Shown one piece after another: positions 7,031 to 16,933 of a stretch of 32,000 nucleotides of DNA (the stretch's first letter is position 1; each line of letters begins with the position of its first letter). The notes below the pieces were generated by a model. It worked only from the letters and a program-made list of their open reading frames with translations, was not told the DNA's origin and searched no databases. The translations under genes were made by a program, and so were the position numbers. The stretch is from Candidatus Saccharimonadota bacterium. GTDB taxonomy: Bacteria; Patescibacteriota; Saccharimonadia; Saccharimonadales; Saccharimonadaceae. The stretch is from NCBI GenBank assembly GCA_001897305.1, contig MKSO01000001.1, positions 570,001 to 602,000 of the forward strand, given 5' to 3'.

Positions 7031-8248
7031 TTACTCTGTAACGTAAATGAAAGTATTTTTACCCTTTTTTACCAAACTACGCCGTGCGACAATACTATCC
7101 TCTAGTGCCTTTTCGCCATTGACACTCACTGCTCCGCCCTCAATAAGGCGACGAGCCTCACCATTACTTTTAGCAACACCTTCACCAACCAGTAACTCAA
7201 CCAATGTAGTACCGATTTTCCCAGTTGGGATCTCTTGTGCTAATAGCACACTCTCTTCTTCGCTTAGCTCTTCAACAGAAGCACCACCAAACAATACCGC
7301 TGTTACCTTCTCGGCACTTCTGGCCTTTTTCTCACCATGCACAATCTTTGTTACTTCGTACGCTAGGGTTTTTTGCGCTTCACGAGCCTGAGGATTAGTA
7401 GCAACTTGTTGTGCCATAGTGTCAATCGCCTCTTTATCAAGCAGTGTATACACTTTAGCGTAATCAACTACACCCTCGTCGTCAGAATTCAGCCAGAACT
7501 GGTAAAACTTGTAGACACTGGTTTTATTTGGGTCGAGCCAAACCGCACCGTCTTCTGATTTACCAAATTTTTTACCAGTTGCTTTATTGATAATAAGCGG
7601 CGTTGAATACACATGCGCCTCACCACCTTCGATGCGACGGATCATATCAACTCCAGATATCGAGTTGCCCCACTGATCGGCCCCGCACAGTTGCAGTGTT
7701 ACACCGTGGTCGCGGTACAGCGTTAAAAAGTCATAGCCTTGAATAAGCGAGTAACTAAACTCGGCGTAGCTAATACCAGAGCCATCTTCGCCTAATCGTG
7801 ATTGGACAAACTCGCGACCCAACATATTACTGAGAGGCACGTGTTTTCCAACATTCCGCAAAAAGTCCAGGTAGCCCACACCTTTAAACCAGTCGTAGTT
7901 ATCGACAATATCAAATGGCTGTCCAGCGAAAACTGTTTTGTACTGTTCGGCAATGGCCGCTTTGTTACGTGCAATATCTTCGAGAGTAAGAAGAGTACGC
8001 TCATCTTTCTTACCGTCGGGGTCACCAATCATGCCCGTCGCACCACCAACAAGCAAGAACGCCTTATGGCCAGCCTTAATAAAATGGTAGACCATCATAG
8101 CTGCCGCCAAATTACCAATAGTCATACTATCGGCAGATGGGTCAACACCCCAATAAAAAGAGATAGGGCCTTTGTCTAGCGCTTTGATGTCGGGGTAGGT
8201 CATTTGGTTGACGAAGCCTCGCCAGGTCAACTCTTCAGATAGCGTCAT
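7031..8248 (-). CDS. tyrS: Tyrosyl-tRNA synthetase (with C-terminal S4 domain)
   Basis: 405 aa with GVDPSADSMTIGNL (HIGH-region equivalent), GADQWGN, KFGKS (KMSKS equivalent) and a C-terminal S4-like GEARRLIEGGAVSVNGEK. Confidence 0.93.
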   Translation of the reverse strand: MTLSEELTWRGFVNQMTYPDIKALDKGPISFYWGVDPSADSMTIGNLAAAMMVYHFIKAGHKAFLLVGGATGMIGDPDGKKDERTLLTLEDIARNKAAIAEQYKTVFAGQPFDIVDNYDWFKGVGYLDFLRNVGKHVPLSNMLGREFVQSRLGEDGSGISYAEFSYSLIQGYDFLTLYRDHGVTLQLCGADQWGNSISGVDMIRRIEGGEAHVYSTPLIINKATGKKFGKSEDGAVWLDPNKTSVYKFYQFWLNSDDEGVVDYAKVYTLLDKEAIDTMAQQVATNPQAREAQKTLAYEVTKIVHGEKKARSAEKVTAVLFGGASVEELSEEESVLLAQEIPTGKIGTTLVELLVGEGVAKSNGEARRLIEGGAVSVNGEKALEDSIVARRSLVKKGKNTFIYVTE

Positions 8249-8280
8249 GCCTTCTCTCTTTCTCTTAATTAACTGATGTG

Positions 8281-8289
8281 ATTATAGCA
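8281..8289 (-). promoter_or_regulatory. Extended -10 promoter (TGCTATAAT) for the tyrS operon
   Basis: The minus strand reads TGCTATAATCAC, with 32 nt between the -10 element and the tyrS ATG. The implied leader of about 25 nt is purine-rich (AAGAGAAAGAGAGAAGGC). Confidence 0.5.
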
Positions 8290-8341
8290 AAAATTACAGG
8301 TTATTCACAGTAACAATTGGTAGAATTTTTCCATCCCATCG

Positions 8342-8350
8342 TGTTACAAT
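8342..8350 (+). promoter_or_regulatory. Extended -10-like promoter (TGTTACAAT) for the PBP gene
   Basis: TGTTACAAT lies 36 nt upstream of the GTG start at 8386. A second candidate, TGGTAGAAT, is at 8318-8326. Confidence 0.4.
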
Positions 8351-8385
8351 GGGGTTAGTAAATTGCTTATGAGAATTGGAACAAG

Positions 8386-10995
8386 GTGACTAAGAAAAAA
8401 CCAACCCGGAAGATAAGTCTATATTCGAATTTGTCGCAAAAGCGAAAAGTGAAGAAGGACGCAGAAGCACGCCGTCGCGCTGAATACTTAGCGACACTCC
8501 CGAAGCATCCTGTTAAACGTTTCTTTTATCGCTTACACCCAAAGCGCTTTTGGGCGTATTGGTTTAGTAAGCGTGGCATGTTTATGGCCCTTAAAATTAC
8601 CGGCGTTGCCGTTCTTGTTGTTGCCCTGTTTGTTGGTGGGTTGTTCGCGTATTTCCGTAAAGATCTCGACCAAATTCGACCCGGTGAAATTGATAAACGC
8701 GTTCAAACTACTGTTACTACTTATCTTGATCGCAATGGACAAGTCCTTTGGGAAGATAAAGGTGATGGCGACTACAAACTTGTCGTTGCGAGTAAAGACC
8801 TTAGTGATAACCTAAAAAAAGCTACCGTAGCAATTGAAGACAAAGACTTCTTTAAGCACAGCGGCGTCAGTGTGAGTGGTACCCTACGTGCGGCATTTAA
8901 CAACTTTACTGGTGGTGATGTACAGGGTGGTTCAACCCTAACGCAGCAACTTGTGAAGCAAGTGTTCTTCTCGGATGAAGCGGGTGACCGTGGCCTTGGT
9001 GGTATTCCTCGTAAAATTAAAGAGTTGATCTTGGCTATTGAAATTGAGCGTATGTACGACAAGGACCAGATCCTTACATTGTATCTTAATGAGTCGCCAT
9101 ACGGTGGCCGCCGCAACGGTGCCGAATCGGGTGCTCAAACCTACTTTGGTAAATCAGCTAAAGACCTGACTGTTGCCGAAGCTGCCTTGTTAGCGGCAAT
9201 ACCCAACAATCCATCACTATACGACCCCTACTTTGTTGACGGACACGAAGCACTTATCGATCGTCAACACAAAGTATTGAAGTCGATGCTGGATGAAAAA
9301 TACATCACACAGGCTCAATACGACGAAGCGATTGCTGTTCCAATCCTTGATAGCATCAAGCCTCAAACAAGCCAATACCAGAACATAAAAGCACCTCACT
9401 TTGTCATGATGGTACGCGACGAACTCGAGAAGGAGTTGGGAACGGCTACGGTTGGACGTGGAGGCCTTACGGTTAAAACAACACTCGACATTCGTATCCA
9501 AGACAAACTCGAAGAAGCCATGAAAGCAATGTTCGACTCACCTACGCCTAACTATGCAGGCTTTACAAATGGCGCCGCTACCGTAGAAGATACGCAGACT
9601 GGCCAGATCGTGGCATTAATGGGGAGTCGGGACTTCAACTACGAAGGCTATGGTCAAGACAACGCCGCAGTTGCATATATCCAACCTGGTTCTACCATTA
9701 AGAGCCTTGTATACTCACAGCTCTTCCAACAAAAACCAAGTGGTCAACAAAACTACGGAAGCGGAAGTATATTAGTCGATGAACCTATTGATGCAATTTA
9801 CGGGGCTAAGCTTCAAAATGCCGACCGTCAATATAAAGGCTCCGTCACTATCCGAACCAGCTTAGCAACTTCACGTAACGTACCAGCCGTAAAAGCTATG
9901 TATATTAATGGTATTCAGCCTACACTCGACACCATTCACAAGATGGGTGCGACCAGTTACTGTACTCAAGGCGCCGATACCCAAGCAGGCCTAGCGGCAG
10001 CGATTGGTGGTTGTGGCATCAAGCAGGTTGATCTTGTTAATGCATACGCTTCATTAGCTCGACAAGGTGTATATAAGCCGCAATCATCTATCCTTGAAGT
10101 CAAAAATGGCTCCGGTGAAGTACTAAAGAAATGGGCAGATACTCAAGGCACACAAATTGTTGACTCACAGTCTGCTTATATCGTGAGTGATATCCTCAGT
10201 GACTCTAATGCTAGCGCTGCACTTGGTAACTACGCCGCTAAAAGTATCCCTGGGGTAAAAACAGCCACTAAGACCGGTACCTCCGACAAAGGCGGTAACG
10301 CCAAGGACCTCTGGATGATGAGTTACAACCCGGCCCTTACCATGGGCGTCTGGCTCGGTAACCCAGATACGACCGTATTGAAGAATGGTACTTCTTCACT
10401 TGGTAGCCCGATTATCGCTAGTACCATGAAGGCTGCCGCCGACATTTACACTAGCGAGGGGAAATACACAGCTAACCAATGGTACACTGCGCCAAATGGC
10501 ATTCAAAGGATCGGTAATGAGGTGTACCCATCATGGTGGAGCAAGACTCAAGGACAAGCAAATGCAACCCTTACCTTTGATAAGCTATCTAAGAAAAAGG
10601 CAACCGATTGTACACCAGAAGCTGCTAAGATTACCCTAGATGTCGTCAAAACAACTGACCCTGTCAGCAAAAAGGATGCGTACTCTAATGTACCAGATGG
10701 CTACATCGCAACCGATGATGACGATATACATAAATGTAGCGACACAGCACCAAGCATATCAACTATCAGTGTAAGCGGTGGTGGTAACTCATGGACTATC
10801 AATGTTGTTGTAAACCAAGGAACATTCAGTATTGATGGATCAGGTGTAAGCATAGTTGTGAACGGGCAAACACTTACCGCAACAAAGAACGGTAGCGCTT
10901 ACTCAGCTTCATACAGTGGTTCATCAAACCCAACCGGTTCAATCAACGTTAAAGTCACCGATACCGGCTATTACACCGCTTCCAAATCAGGCTAG
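8386..10995 (+). CDS. Class A penicillin-binding protein (bifunctional glycosyltransferase/transpeptidase, PBP1A-like)
   Basis: 869 aa. GT51 motifs are AIEDKDFFKHSGV, GGSTLTQQL and RKIKE. Transpeptidase motifs are STIKS (SxxK), SRN (SxN) and KTGT. It has a basic cytoplasmic N-terminus, one TM helix (ITGVAVLVVALFVGGLFAYF) and an extra C-terminal region of about 170 aa. Confidence 0.93.
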   Translation: MTKKKPTRKISLYSNLSQKRKVKKDAEARRRAEYLATLPKHPVKRFFYRLHPKRFWAYWFSKRGMFMALKITGVAVLVVALFVGGLFAYFRKDLDQIRPGEIDKRVQTTVTTYLDRNGQVLWEDKGDGDYKLVVASKDLSDNLKKATVAIEDKDFFKHSGVSVSGTLRAAFNNFTGGDVQGGSTLTQQLVKQVFFSDEAGDRGLGGIPRKIKELILAIEIERMYDKDQILTLYLNESPYGGRRNGAESGAQTYFGKSAKDLTVAEAALLAAIPNNPSLYDPYFVDGHEALIDRQHKVLKSMLDEKYITQAQYDEAIAVPILDSIKPQTSQYQNIKAPHFVMMVRDELEKELGTATVGRGGLTVKTTLDIRIQDKLEEAMKAMFDSPTPNYAGFTNGAATVEDTQTGQIVALMGSRDFNYEGYGQDNAAVAYIQPGSTIKSLVYSQLFQQKPSGQQNYGSGSILVDEPIDAIYGAKLQNADRQYKGSVTIRTSLATSRNVPAVKAMYINGIQPTLDTIHKMGATSYCTQGADTQAGLAAAIGGCGIKQVDLVNAYASLARQGVYKPQSSILEVKNGSGEVLKKWADTQGTQIVDSQSAYIVSDILSDSNASAALGNYAAKSIPGVKTATKTGTSDKGGNAKDLWMMSYNPALTMGVWLGNPDTTVLKNGTSSLGSPIIASTMKAAADIYTSEGKYTANQWYTAPNGIQRIGNEVYPSWWSKTQGQANATLTFDKLSKKKATDCTPEAAKITLDVVKTTDPVSKKDAYSNVPDGYIATDDDDIHKCSDTAPSISTISVSGGGNSWTINVVVNQGTFSIDGSGVSIVVNGQTLTATKNGSAYSASYSGSSNPTGSINVKVTDTGYYTASKSG

Positions 10996-11014
10996 AGTAA
11001 TCATCTTAAATAAT

Positions 11015-11048
11015 AAAAGAGCCCTCCATTCAGAGGGTTCTTTTATTT
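11015..11048. terminator. Bidirectional rho-independent terminator between the PBP gene and the yacL-like gene
   Basis: AAAAGAGCCCTC (11015-11026) pairs with GAGGGTTCTTTT (11033-11044), with one G:U pair. It is flanked by an A-run upstream and TTTTATTT downstream, and sits between convergent genes. Confidence 0.7.
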
Positions 11049-11063
11049 ACAAGACTCTTAACT

Positions 11064-11942
11064 TCAGCGACCGTTTGCTAATTCAACCAAACTATCTTCA
11101 GGCGATTTGTTTCGCGAAGGCTTTGAATTAACGCGCTTCTGAGCGCTTTTATTGCTAGTCTGTGGCTGAGTACCTTTTAGCTGTGGCTGCTTCTTTGTTA
11201 TTTTATCTGTTTTAGCCGGCGTACTAGTCTTTTGCTTCTGTGAAATGGCTTTAGGCTGCTGGCTTAATTTTGCAAACATCATTTTGCCCGCTGCTGTCTG
11301 TAAGCTACGGATAAATTCTACTTCTACAATTGTGCCGATTTGTTTATAGGCATGCTCAACAACAACCATTGTCCCGTCGTCCAAATGCCCTACCGCTTGA
11401 TGCTGATCGTTACCTTTTTGGGTTAACTCTATGCGGGCTTTCTCGCCGGGAAGATACGCCATACGAAGCGACTTGGCGAGTTCGTTCACATTAAGTACTT
11501 CAATCCCCTCAACAACGGCAACTTTATTCAAATTATAGTCAATTGTACACACAGCACCACCATGCTTTTTAGCAAGCTTCAAAAGACGGTTATCGACGCC
11601 TTCTTCAGCTTTAACACCATCAGGAAAAATGACTGTTTTTACTTGCGGTAAAGCCTGTAATTGACTAATAATATCCAGGCCATGACGAGCTCGGCTTCGT
11701 TTCTCTGAATCGGCGTTATCAGCTAGAAATTGCAGCTCCCCTACAACGCTTCGTGGAATATACAGCGGACGGGTTAAAAAGCCTGACTCAGCGATGGCAG
11801 TAATACGACCATCAATCAAGACTGATGTATCAACAAACATAGGTGCAAACTGCGTTCGTCGTTCTTTTTGAAATGAGTTCACCGTAAGGTAGGTGGTTCC
11901 CACTGCAATAGCCAGCAGTAGAATAATGATAATGATTTCCAT
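11064..11942 (-). CDS. yacL: PIN/TRAM domain membrane protein (YacL-like)
   Basis: 292 aa with an N-terminal TM helix (IIIIILLLAIAVGTTYL), a PIN-like region (FVDTSVLIDGRI...) and a TRAM-like beta region (GTIVEVEFIRSLQTAAGKMMFAKL). It lies immediately downstream of radA, as in the Bacillus clpC-radA-disA-yacL region. It carries a K/Q/S/T-rich tail of about 65 aa and ends in TGA. Confidence 0.7.
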   Translation of the reverse strand: MEIIIIILLLAIAVGTTYLTVNSFQKERRTQFAPMFVDTSVLIDGRITAIAESGFLTRPLYIPRSVVGELQFLADNADSEKRSRARHGLDIISQLQALPQVKTVIFPDGVKAEEGVDNRLLKLAKKHGGAVCTIDYNLNKVAVVEGIEVLNVNELAKSLRMAYLPGEKARIELTQKGNDQHQAVGHLDDGTMVVVEHAYKQIGTIVEVEFIRSLQTAAGKMMFAKLSQQPKAISQKQKTSTPAKTDKITKKQPQLKGTQPQTSNKSAQKRVNSKPSRNKSPEDSLVELANGR

Positions 11943-11954
11943 TAGTTCCTTTTA

Positions 11955-13310
11955 CTATTGCCGTAAGTAATCGATCAAGGCTCCCCTTACATCGCTTACG
12001 GGTGTTAAAAATTGATTATTTCTTAATTGTTTTGGTGCTACAGCTCGAGTAAAGCCTAGCTTCTTTGCTTCTGCGATACGCTTGTCCGCCCCAACGACTG
12101 ATCGGATCTCTCCCCCTAGACCAACCTCTCCAAAGACAACCGTTTTATCATCAATACGCTTACCAGCCGCCGCACTGGCTATTGCCATACAGATAGCCAA
12201 GTCCGCTGCTTGATCGTTCAATTTGATACCGCCAACAACATTTATATAAATGTCTTTATCAGATAAATTCAACTTTGTGCGACGCTCTAGCACCGCAATC
12301 AGAAGGTTGAGGCGGTTCAAGTCAAACCCGCTCGCAGTACGCTTAGGATACCCGAAACTGGTTGGATTGACAAGAGCCTGGATCTCAACAAGCAACGGAC
12401 GAGTGCCCTCTAGCGTAGCAAGTACAACTGAACCATCAGACGATTGCCGCTCTGCTAATAAAGCAGCCGACGGATTCTCTACTACGCGCAAACCTTGCTC
12501 GTACATCTCAAAAATAGCGGCTTCGCTGGTTGAACCAAACCGGTTCTTTGCGGCGCGTACAACCTTAAATCCGCCGTAGCGATCACCCTCAAATTGCAAG
12601 ACTACGTCTACTAGGTGTTCAAGCACTTTAGGCCCAGCAATACTACCCTCTTTTGTGACATGCCCAACCAACACAACCGCAGAGCCGGCGCTTTTTGCGG
12701 CCCTAATAAGCACATTACTACTATTGGTGATTTGACTTACCGTCCCTGGTGCGCTGGTCATTTCATCAACAGACATGGTTTGAATGGAATCAACAATAAC
12801 CAAGCCATATTTAGCATCCTGAATAGTAGCAGCGATGTCGTTAGCGCTGGTTGAGGCGGCGAAGTCAAGTGTTTCAGTACTATCAGCCCCTAGACGTGTC
12901 GCTCGAAGCGCTACCTGGTGGGCTGACTCTTCTCCACTAATATAGAGTACTGCATGATCACGAGCCACATAGGCCGCCAATTGTAGTAAAAGCGTGCTCT
13001 TACCAATACCCGGCTGGCCCGCCAAGAGCGTTACCGAACCTGGCACAATCCCTCCACCCAGCACTTCATCTAAATCAGACACACCCGTTGTTAAGCGACG
13101 AGTTGTTTCGTCCGCCTGAGCCTTACGAATAGGCTGCGCCACAAGTCGCTTACCGCTTGATGTAGCCTTAGCAACTGACGATTGTGCCACCGAAACAGGC
13201 GCCTGCTCGACAAGACTGTTCCATTCGCCACAGTTTTCACAACGTCCCATCCATTTGCTATAGGTCGTGCCACACTGTTGACACACGAATTGTGTTTTTA
13301 CCTTCACCAT
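11955..13310 (-). CDS. radA: DNA repair protein RadA/Sms
   Basis: 451 aa with an N-terminal zinc finger (CQQCG...CENCG), the Walker A motif GQPGIGKST, the KNRFG motif and a Lon-like C-terminal domain. Confidence 0.95.
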   Translation of the reverse strand: MVKVKTQFVCQQCGTTYSKWMGRCENCGEWNSLVEQAPVSVAQSSVAKATSSGKRLVAQPIRKAQADETTRRLTTGVSDLDEVLGGGIVPGSVTLLAGQPGIGKSTLLLQLAAYVARDHAVLYISGEESAHQVALRATRLGADSTETLDFAASTSANDIAATIQDAKYGLVIVDSIQTMSVDEMTSAPGTVSQITNSSNVLIRAAKSAGSAVVLVGHVTKEGSIAGPKVLEHLVDVVLQFEGDRYGGFKVVRAAKNRFGSTSEAAIFEMYEQGLRVVENPSAALLAERQSSDGSVVLATLEGTRPLLVEIQALVNPTSFGYPKRTASGFDLNRLNLLIAVLERRTKLNLSDKDIYINVVGGIKLNDQAADLAICMAIASAAAGKRIDDKTVVFGEVGLGGEIRSVVGADKRIAEAKKLGFTRAVAPKQLRNNQFLTPVSDVRGALIDYLRQ

Positions 13311-13333
13311 ATTTCTTCCCCTAGTATAGCACC

Positions 13334-14335
13334 CTAAACAGACGGAGCTTGTTGTACCTGAGTAAAGCTATCGATACTCCCATTTAATGCATCTACTTGG
13401 CTAGCCACCTCTTTGTACTGAGCATAGTACGAGTTATACGTATCGATATCGCCATTGATAATTTCTCGTTGCTGATCAAGCGCGTTTGAGCGTGCGACTA
13501 AAGATGCGCGTTCGGTGTTGAATTCTTTCATTGATGAGAATGACCCGTTACTCGCGCGAGTGTTAAAGGAGTTAATGTCTGCCGAAAGCTGTTTCGTCGC
13601 CGCTGTATATGCCTCGGATTCACTATTAATTTTTGTACCTAGGGCTTCCATTTTACTTGAAAGTTCGTCAGCCTGTGTATAAAGAGCAGTATACACACTA
13701 TTGTAGGCGTTGTGCAGCGCAAGTACTTTTTCACGACTGAAGAATTGGCCGTAATACGACTCTAGGTTACTCCCTAAATTCGGAAACTCGGTACCTAAAA
13801 TAGAGTGAAGTTCATTCACAAATTCGCCTGGCTCGGTACGTTTGTAGTAGTCCATCCGCTCTTTCAACTTGGCATCATCTATAGAGTTATATGCCGCCTC
13901 TAGCTGCGTGGTGAGTGTGGCTTTTTTAGCCATACTTGTACGCTTCCATTGAGCATGGAGCATTTCATGTACAGCGGTAACTTCTTCGATACCATCAAGT
14001 TGTTGGTTGGTAATATCATAGATAAAAATACGATCATCGCCCGTATAACACCCTAAAATAGGACTGTTTGTCTCTTGACGAGGACAGGCCTGATTAAAAG
14101 CATCGCGGGTATCTATAGCTGGGCGAGTGGCATAAAAAGTAAGCTCACCCTTCTGCGTTAAGGCCGTGCGCTGACTAATATTCTGTACGGCCGCGGACGG
14201 CTGAAACGTCCAAACCGACAGCTGGTCAAGGACATACTGTCGGTTTAGAATTGCCCAGATAGACACTGCTACAACAGCAGCACTTAGAATAAGCGATATA
14301 ACTTTAACGAACGGCCTGGACTTCATGTTCGACAT
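13334..14335 (-). CDS. Hypothetical membrane-anchored protein with an HExxH motif and a coiled-coil-like C-terminal half
   Basis: 333 aa with one N-terminal TM helix (VISLILSAAVVAVSIWAIL), VHEMLHAQW (HExxH) with NELHS downstream, and a Ser/Asn/Ala/Gln-rich helical C-terminal half. It overlaps the clpC 3' end by 32 nt in another frame. Confidence 0.6.
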   Translation of the reverse strand: MSNMKSRPFVKVISLILSAAVVAVSIWAILNRQYVLDQLSVWTFQPSAAVQNISQRTALTQKGELTFYATRPAIDTRDAFNQACPRQETNSPILGCYTGDDRIFIYDITNQQLDGIEEVTAVHEMLHAQWKRTSMAKKATLTTQLEAAYNSIDDAKLKERMDYYKRTEPGEFVNELHSILGTEFPNLGSNLESYYGQFFSREKVLALHNAYNSVYTALYTQADELSSKMEALGTKINSESEAYTAATKQLSADINSFNTRASNGSFSSMKEFNTERASLVARSNALDQQREIINGDIDTYNSYYAQYKEVASQVDALNGSIDSFTQVQQAPSV

Positions 14336-16802
14336 TAAGCTGAATCTTTCCCCGCTGCGCGGTTGCCTTTAGAACAGTACCTTTATCGTACTCGCCACTC
14401 AAAATACCTTCCGCTATAGTATGCTCAAGCATATCTTGCATGACGCGTCTCAACGGTCGAGCACCATACTTTTCATCATATCCTTCAGCTATAATGGCTC
14501 GCTTTGCCGATGGAGTGACTACTAGATGGATGCCCTTGCGAACAAGACGCTCCTGAAGCTCGCTTAGTAACGTATCAAAGATACGGCCCACCTGCTTACG
14601 GGTGAGAGCCCTGAAGGTCACGACAGCATCAAACCGATTTATGAGCTCTGGGCGCATAAGTCGTTCCAGCGCTTCGCGGGCTGCTGCAGCATTTTCCTCA
14701 TGCACAGCATCAAGCTGGTGCTCATCCTGCCGTGAAACTGCACGAAACCCAAGGCTCGACTCTTTCATCATTTGCTCGGCACCAAGGTTGCTTGTTAAGA
14801 TGATGATTGCATTTGTAAAGTCGACCGATCGGCCTTTGGCGTCGGTGAGCTTACCGTCTTCAAGCAGTTGAAGGAGTAAGTTGAAGACTTCTTTGTTTGC
14901 TTTCTCGATTTCGTCAAACAGCACTACACTGTACGGTTGACGACGAATCTTGTCGGTCAATTGACCACCATCTTCGTAGCCAACATATCCCGCTGGCGCT
15001 CCTACTAAACGACTGGCGTTGTGGCGTTCGCTAAATTCACTCATATCAATTTTAATTAGTGCATCGTCACTGCCAAATACTTCGCGAGCGAGCACGCGCG
15101 CTAGCTCAGTCTTACCAACACCCGTAGGCCCCATGAACACAAACGATCCAATTGGGCGCTTACTACTAGCAACGCCACTTCGGCTACGACGAATTGCTCG
15201 CGCAACTTTCTCGACCGCCTCTTCTTGCCCAATGACATACTTACCAAGGTGTTTTTCAAGCGCGCGGAGCATGCCGGCCTCGGATTTCTGAACACGTTTA
15301 ACAGGTATGCCAGTCATTTGGGCGATAGCCTGCGCAATGTCGTCATCAGTCAAGGTGATTGGCGCCTTCTTTTCTGACTCTTCACGAGTTTCGGTTAATT
15401 TCTCATTAAGCTGGCTTATGCGCGTCTTGTATAACGCAGCCCTTTCGTATTCTTCGGCCGCTACCGCTTCTTCCATCTTTTCATTAAGATTCTTCAGTTG
15501 CTTCATGTAGTCGCGCACTTTGCTTGGCTTGTGGCCGACCTTAACCCGCACGCGGGCGGCGGCTTCATCAATAACATCAATTGCCTTGTCTGGCATAAAA
15601 CGTTCGGTTACGTAGCGATCAGCCATGTACACAGCATCTTCGATCACTTCGTCACTAATCGCAACACCATGATGTTTCTCGTAGTAAGGCTTGAGCCCCT
15701 TCAAAATGGCAATGGTGTCTTTGATCTTGGGCTCGGGCACCATGACAGTCTGGAAGCGACGCTCGAGAGCACTGTCCTTTTCTATATGCTTGCGATACTC
15801 TTCAAGCGTTGTCGCACCGATCAATCGTAATTCACCCCTCGCTAGAGCCGGTTTTAACATATTCGCCGCATCAAGCGCACCTTCGGCTGCTCCAGCACCT
15901 ACGATAAGATGAAGTTCGTCAATAAAGACGATGGTGTTTTTTTGCTCCTTTAGTTCGGTGACGACTTTTTTGAGCCGCTCTTCAAACTCGCCACGATATT
16001 TCGTACCAGCAATCATGCCTGCTAAATCAAGCTGAATAATTCGCTTATCTAATAGGTGTTCTGGAACATCCTCGCTAGCAATGCGCTGCGCTAGTCCCTC
16101 AACAATAGCCGTTTTACCAACACCTGGTTCACCAATGAGAACGGGGTTGTTTTTAGTGCGCCGGCTCAGGATAGTTACTAATCGCTCTTCCTGATCCTTA
16201 CGACCAATAACCGGGTCAAGTTTACCCGCCTTCGCTCTTGCGGTTAAATCGATACCGAAGGCCCCGAGCATACCGCGGTCTTTTGGCGCTTTAGCACTAC
16301 GGGCTATTTCTTCGCGAACTTCTACATCGCCCGTCTCACTATTGCGATCAAGATAGTCTTCTATTTCTGACAATATTTCGGCTACATCAACATTCATATC
16401 ACGCAATAAAACAGTGGCGCGGGCATTTTTTTGAGACAGAATACTATATAGGATATGTTCCGTACCTAGATAGTCTTGCCTAAATTCCTGGGCAATATCC
16501 CAGCTCATCTTCAAGGTCAGTTTTGCTGTTTCACTCAGGCTTTTCGTCATAATACCGGCAGTAAAATTACTTGAGCTAATAGGCACAGCACTGAGTGCCG
16601 TCTGTGCTTTATCTAAAGTCACCCCCGCATCTGCAAGTATTTTAGCCCCTACCGACGCACCCTGGGCCATAACTCCTAATAGTAGGTGTTCAGTACCCAC
16701 ATATGAACTGCCGTATCCTTGCGCTATTAAGGTAGCGTGATGAAGACTCGTCCGCGCATTGTCGGTTAGGTGTGAAATGAATTCTGCAAAATCATCTGAC
16801 AT
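14304..16802 (-). CDS. clpC: ATP-dependent Clp protease ATP-binding subunit ClpC
   Basis: Two Clp_N repeats, the NBD1 motif GEPGVGKT, a UVR-like linker ([26 protein letters not shown]) and the NBD2 motif [10 protein letters not shown] prefer the ATG at 16802 (MSDDFAEF...) over the TTG at 16838 from the ORF track. Confidence 0.93.
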   Translation of the reverse strand: MSDDFAEFISHLTDNARTSLHHATLIAQGYGSSYVGTEHLLLGVMAQGASVGAKILADAGVTLDKAQTALSAVPISSSNFTAGIMTKSLSETAKLTLKMSWDIAQEFRQDYLGTEHILYSILSQKNARATVLLRDMNVDVAEILSEIEDYLDRNSETGDVEVREEIARSAKAPKDRGMLGAFGIDLTARAKAGKLDPVIGRKDQEERLVTILSRRTKNNPVLIGEPGVGKTAIVEGLAQRIASEDVPEHLLDKRIIQLDLAGMIAGTKYRGEFEERLKKVVTELKEQKNTIVFIDELHLIVGAGAAEGALDAANMLKPALARGELRLIGATTLEEYRKHIEKDSALERRFQTVMVPEPKIKDTIAILKGLKPYYEKHHGVAISDEVIEDAVYMADRYVTERFMPDKAIDVIDEAAARVRVKVGHKPSKVRDYMKQLKNLNEKMEEAVAAEEYERAALYKTRISQLNEKLTETREESEKKAPITLTDDDIAQAIAQMTGIPVKRVQKSEAGMLRALEKHLGKYVIGQEEAVEKVARAIRRSRSGVASSKRPIGSFVFMGPTGVGKTELARVLAREVFGSDDALIKIDMSEFSERHNASRLVGAPAGYVGYEDGGQLTDKIRRQPYSVVLFDEIEKANKEVFNLLLQLLEDGKLTDAKGRSVDFTNAIIILTSNLGAEQMMKESSLGFRAVSRQDEHQLDAVHEENAAAAREALERLMRPELINRFDAVVTFRALTRKQVGRIFDTLLSELQERLVRKGIHLVVTPSAKRAIIAEGYDEKYGARPLRRVMQDMLEHTIAEGILSGEYDKGTVLKATAQRGKIQLNVEHEVQAVR

Positions 16803-16872
16803 ATATCTATTATCTATCCTCCATAGTATGAAGCACAAGAGGAATTGTTATTTCCAGCGCTTTCATATATCT

Positions 16873-16881
16873 AGTATAGCA
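16873..16881 (-). promoter_or_regulatory. Extended -10 promoter (TGCTATACT) for the clpC operon
   Basis: The minus strand reads TTTTGCTATACT directly after the nusA terminator U-tract, about 70 nt upstream of the clpC ATG. Confidence 0.45.
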
Positions 16882-16911
16882 AAATTAGCACTCGGGTCAA
16901 GCGAGTGCTAA
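16881..16911 (-). terminator. Rho-independent terminator of nusA
   Basis: The minus-strand RNA is UUAGCACUCG-CUUGACC-CGAGUGCUAA followed by UUUU: a perfect 10-bp stem 22 nt after the nusA stop codon. Confidence 0.85.
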
Positions 16912-16933
16912 TTATTTGTAACGTGGGTCTAGT

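Noticed and set aside
8249-8385. T-box riboswitch upstream of tyrS
   Set aside because: The tyrS-proximal promoter leaves only a purine-rich leader of about 25 nt. I saw no specifier loop or T-box/antiterminator sequence, and the remainder of the gap serves the divergent PBP promoter.
8369-8389. Six-codon upstream ORF (ATG AGA ATT GGA ACA AGG TGA; MRIGTR) whose stop overlaps the GTG start of the PBP gene
   Set aside because: The geometry (GTGA overlap) suits translational coupling, but such a short ORF is expected by chance and I have no conservation or start-site evidence. I do not report it as a feature.
16803-16838. Longer ClpC N-terminus from the ORF-track start (MCFILWRIDNRY...)
   Set aside because: That start is a TTG, and the extra 12 residues are not ClpC-like. 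The ATG at 16802 begins directly at the Clp_N repeat and has promoter-like sequence upstream.
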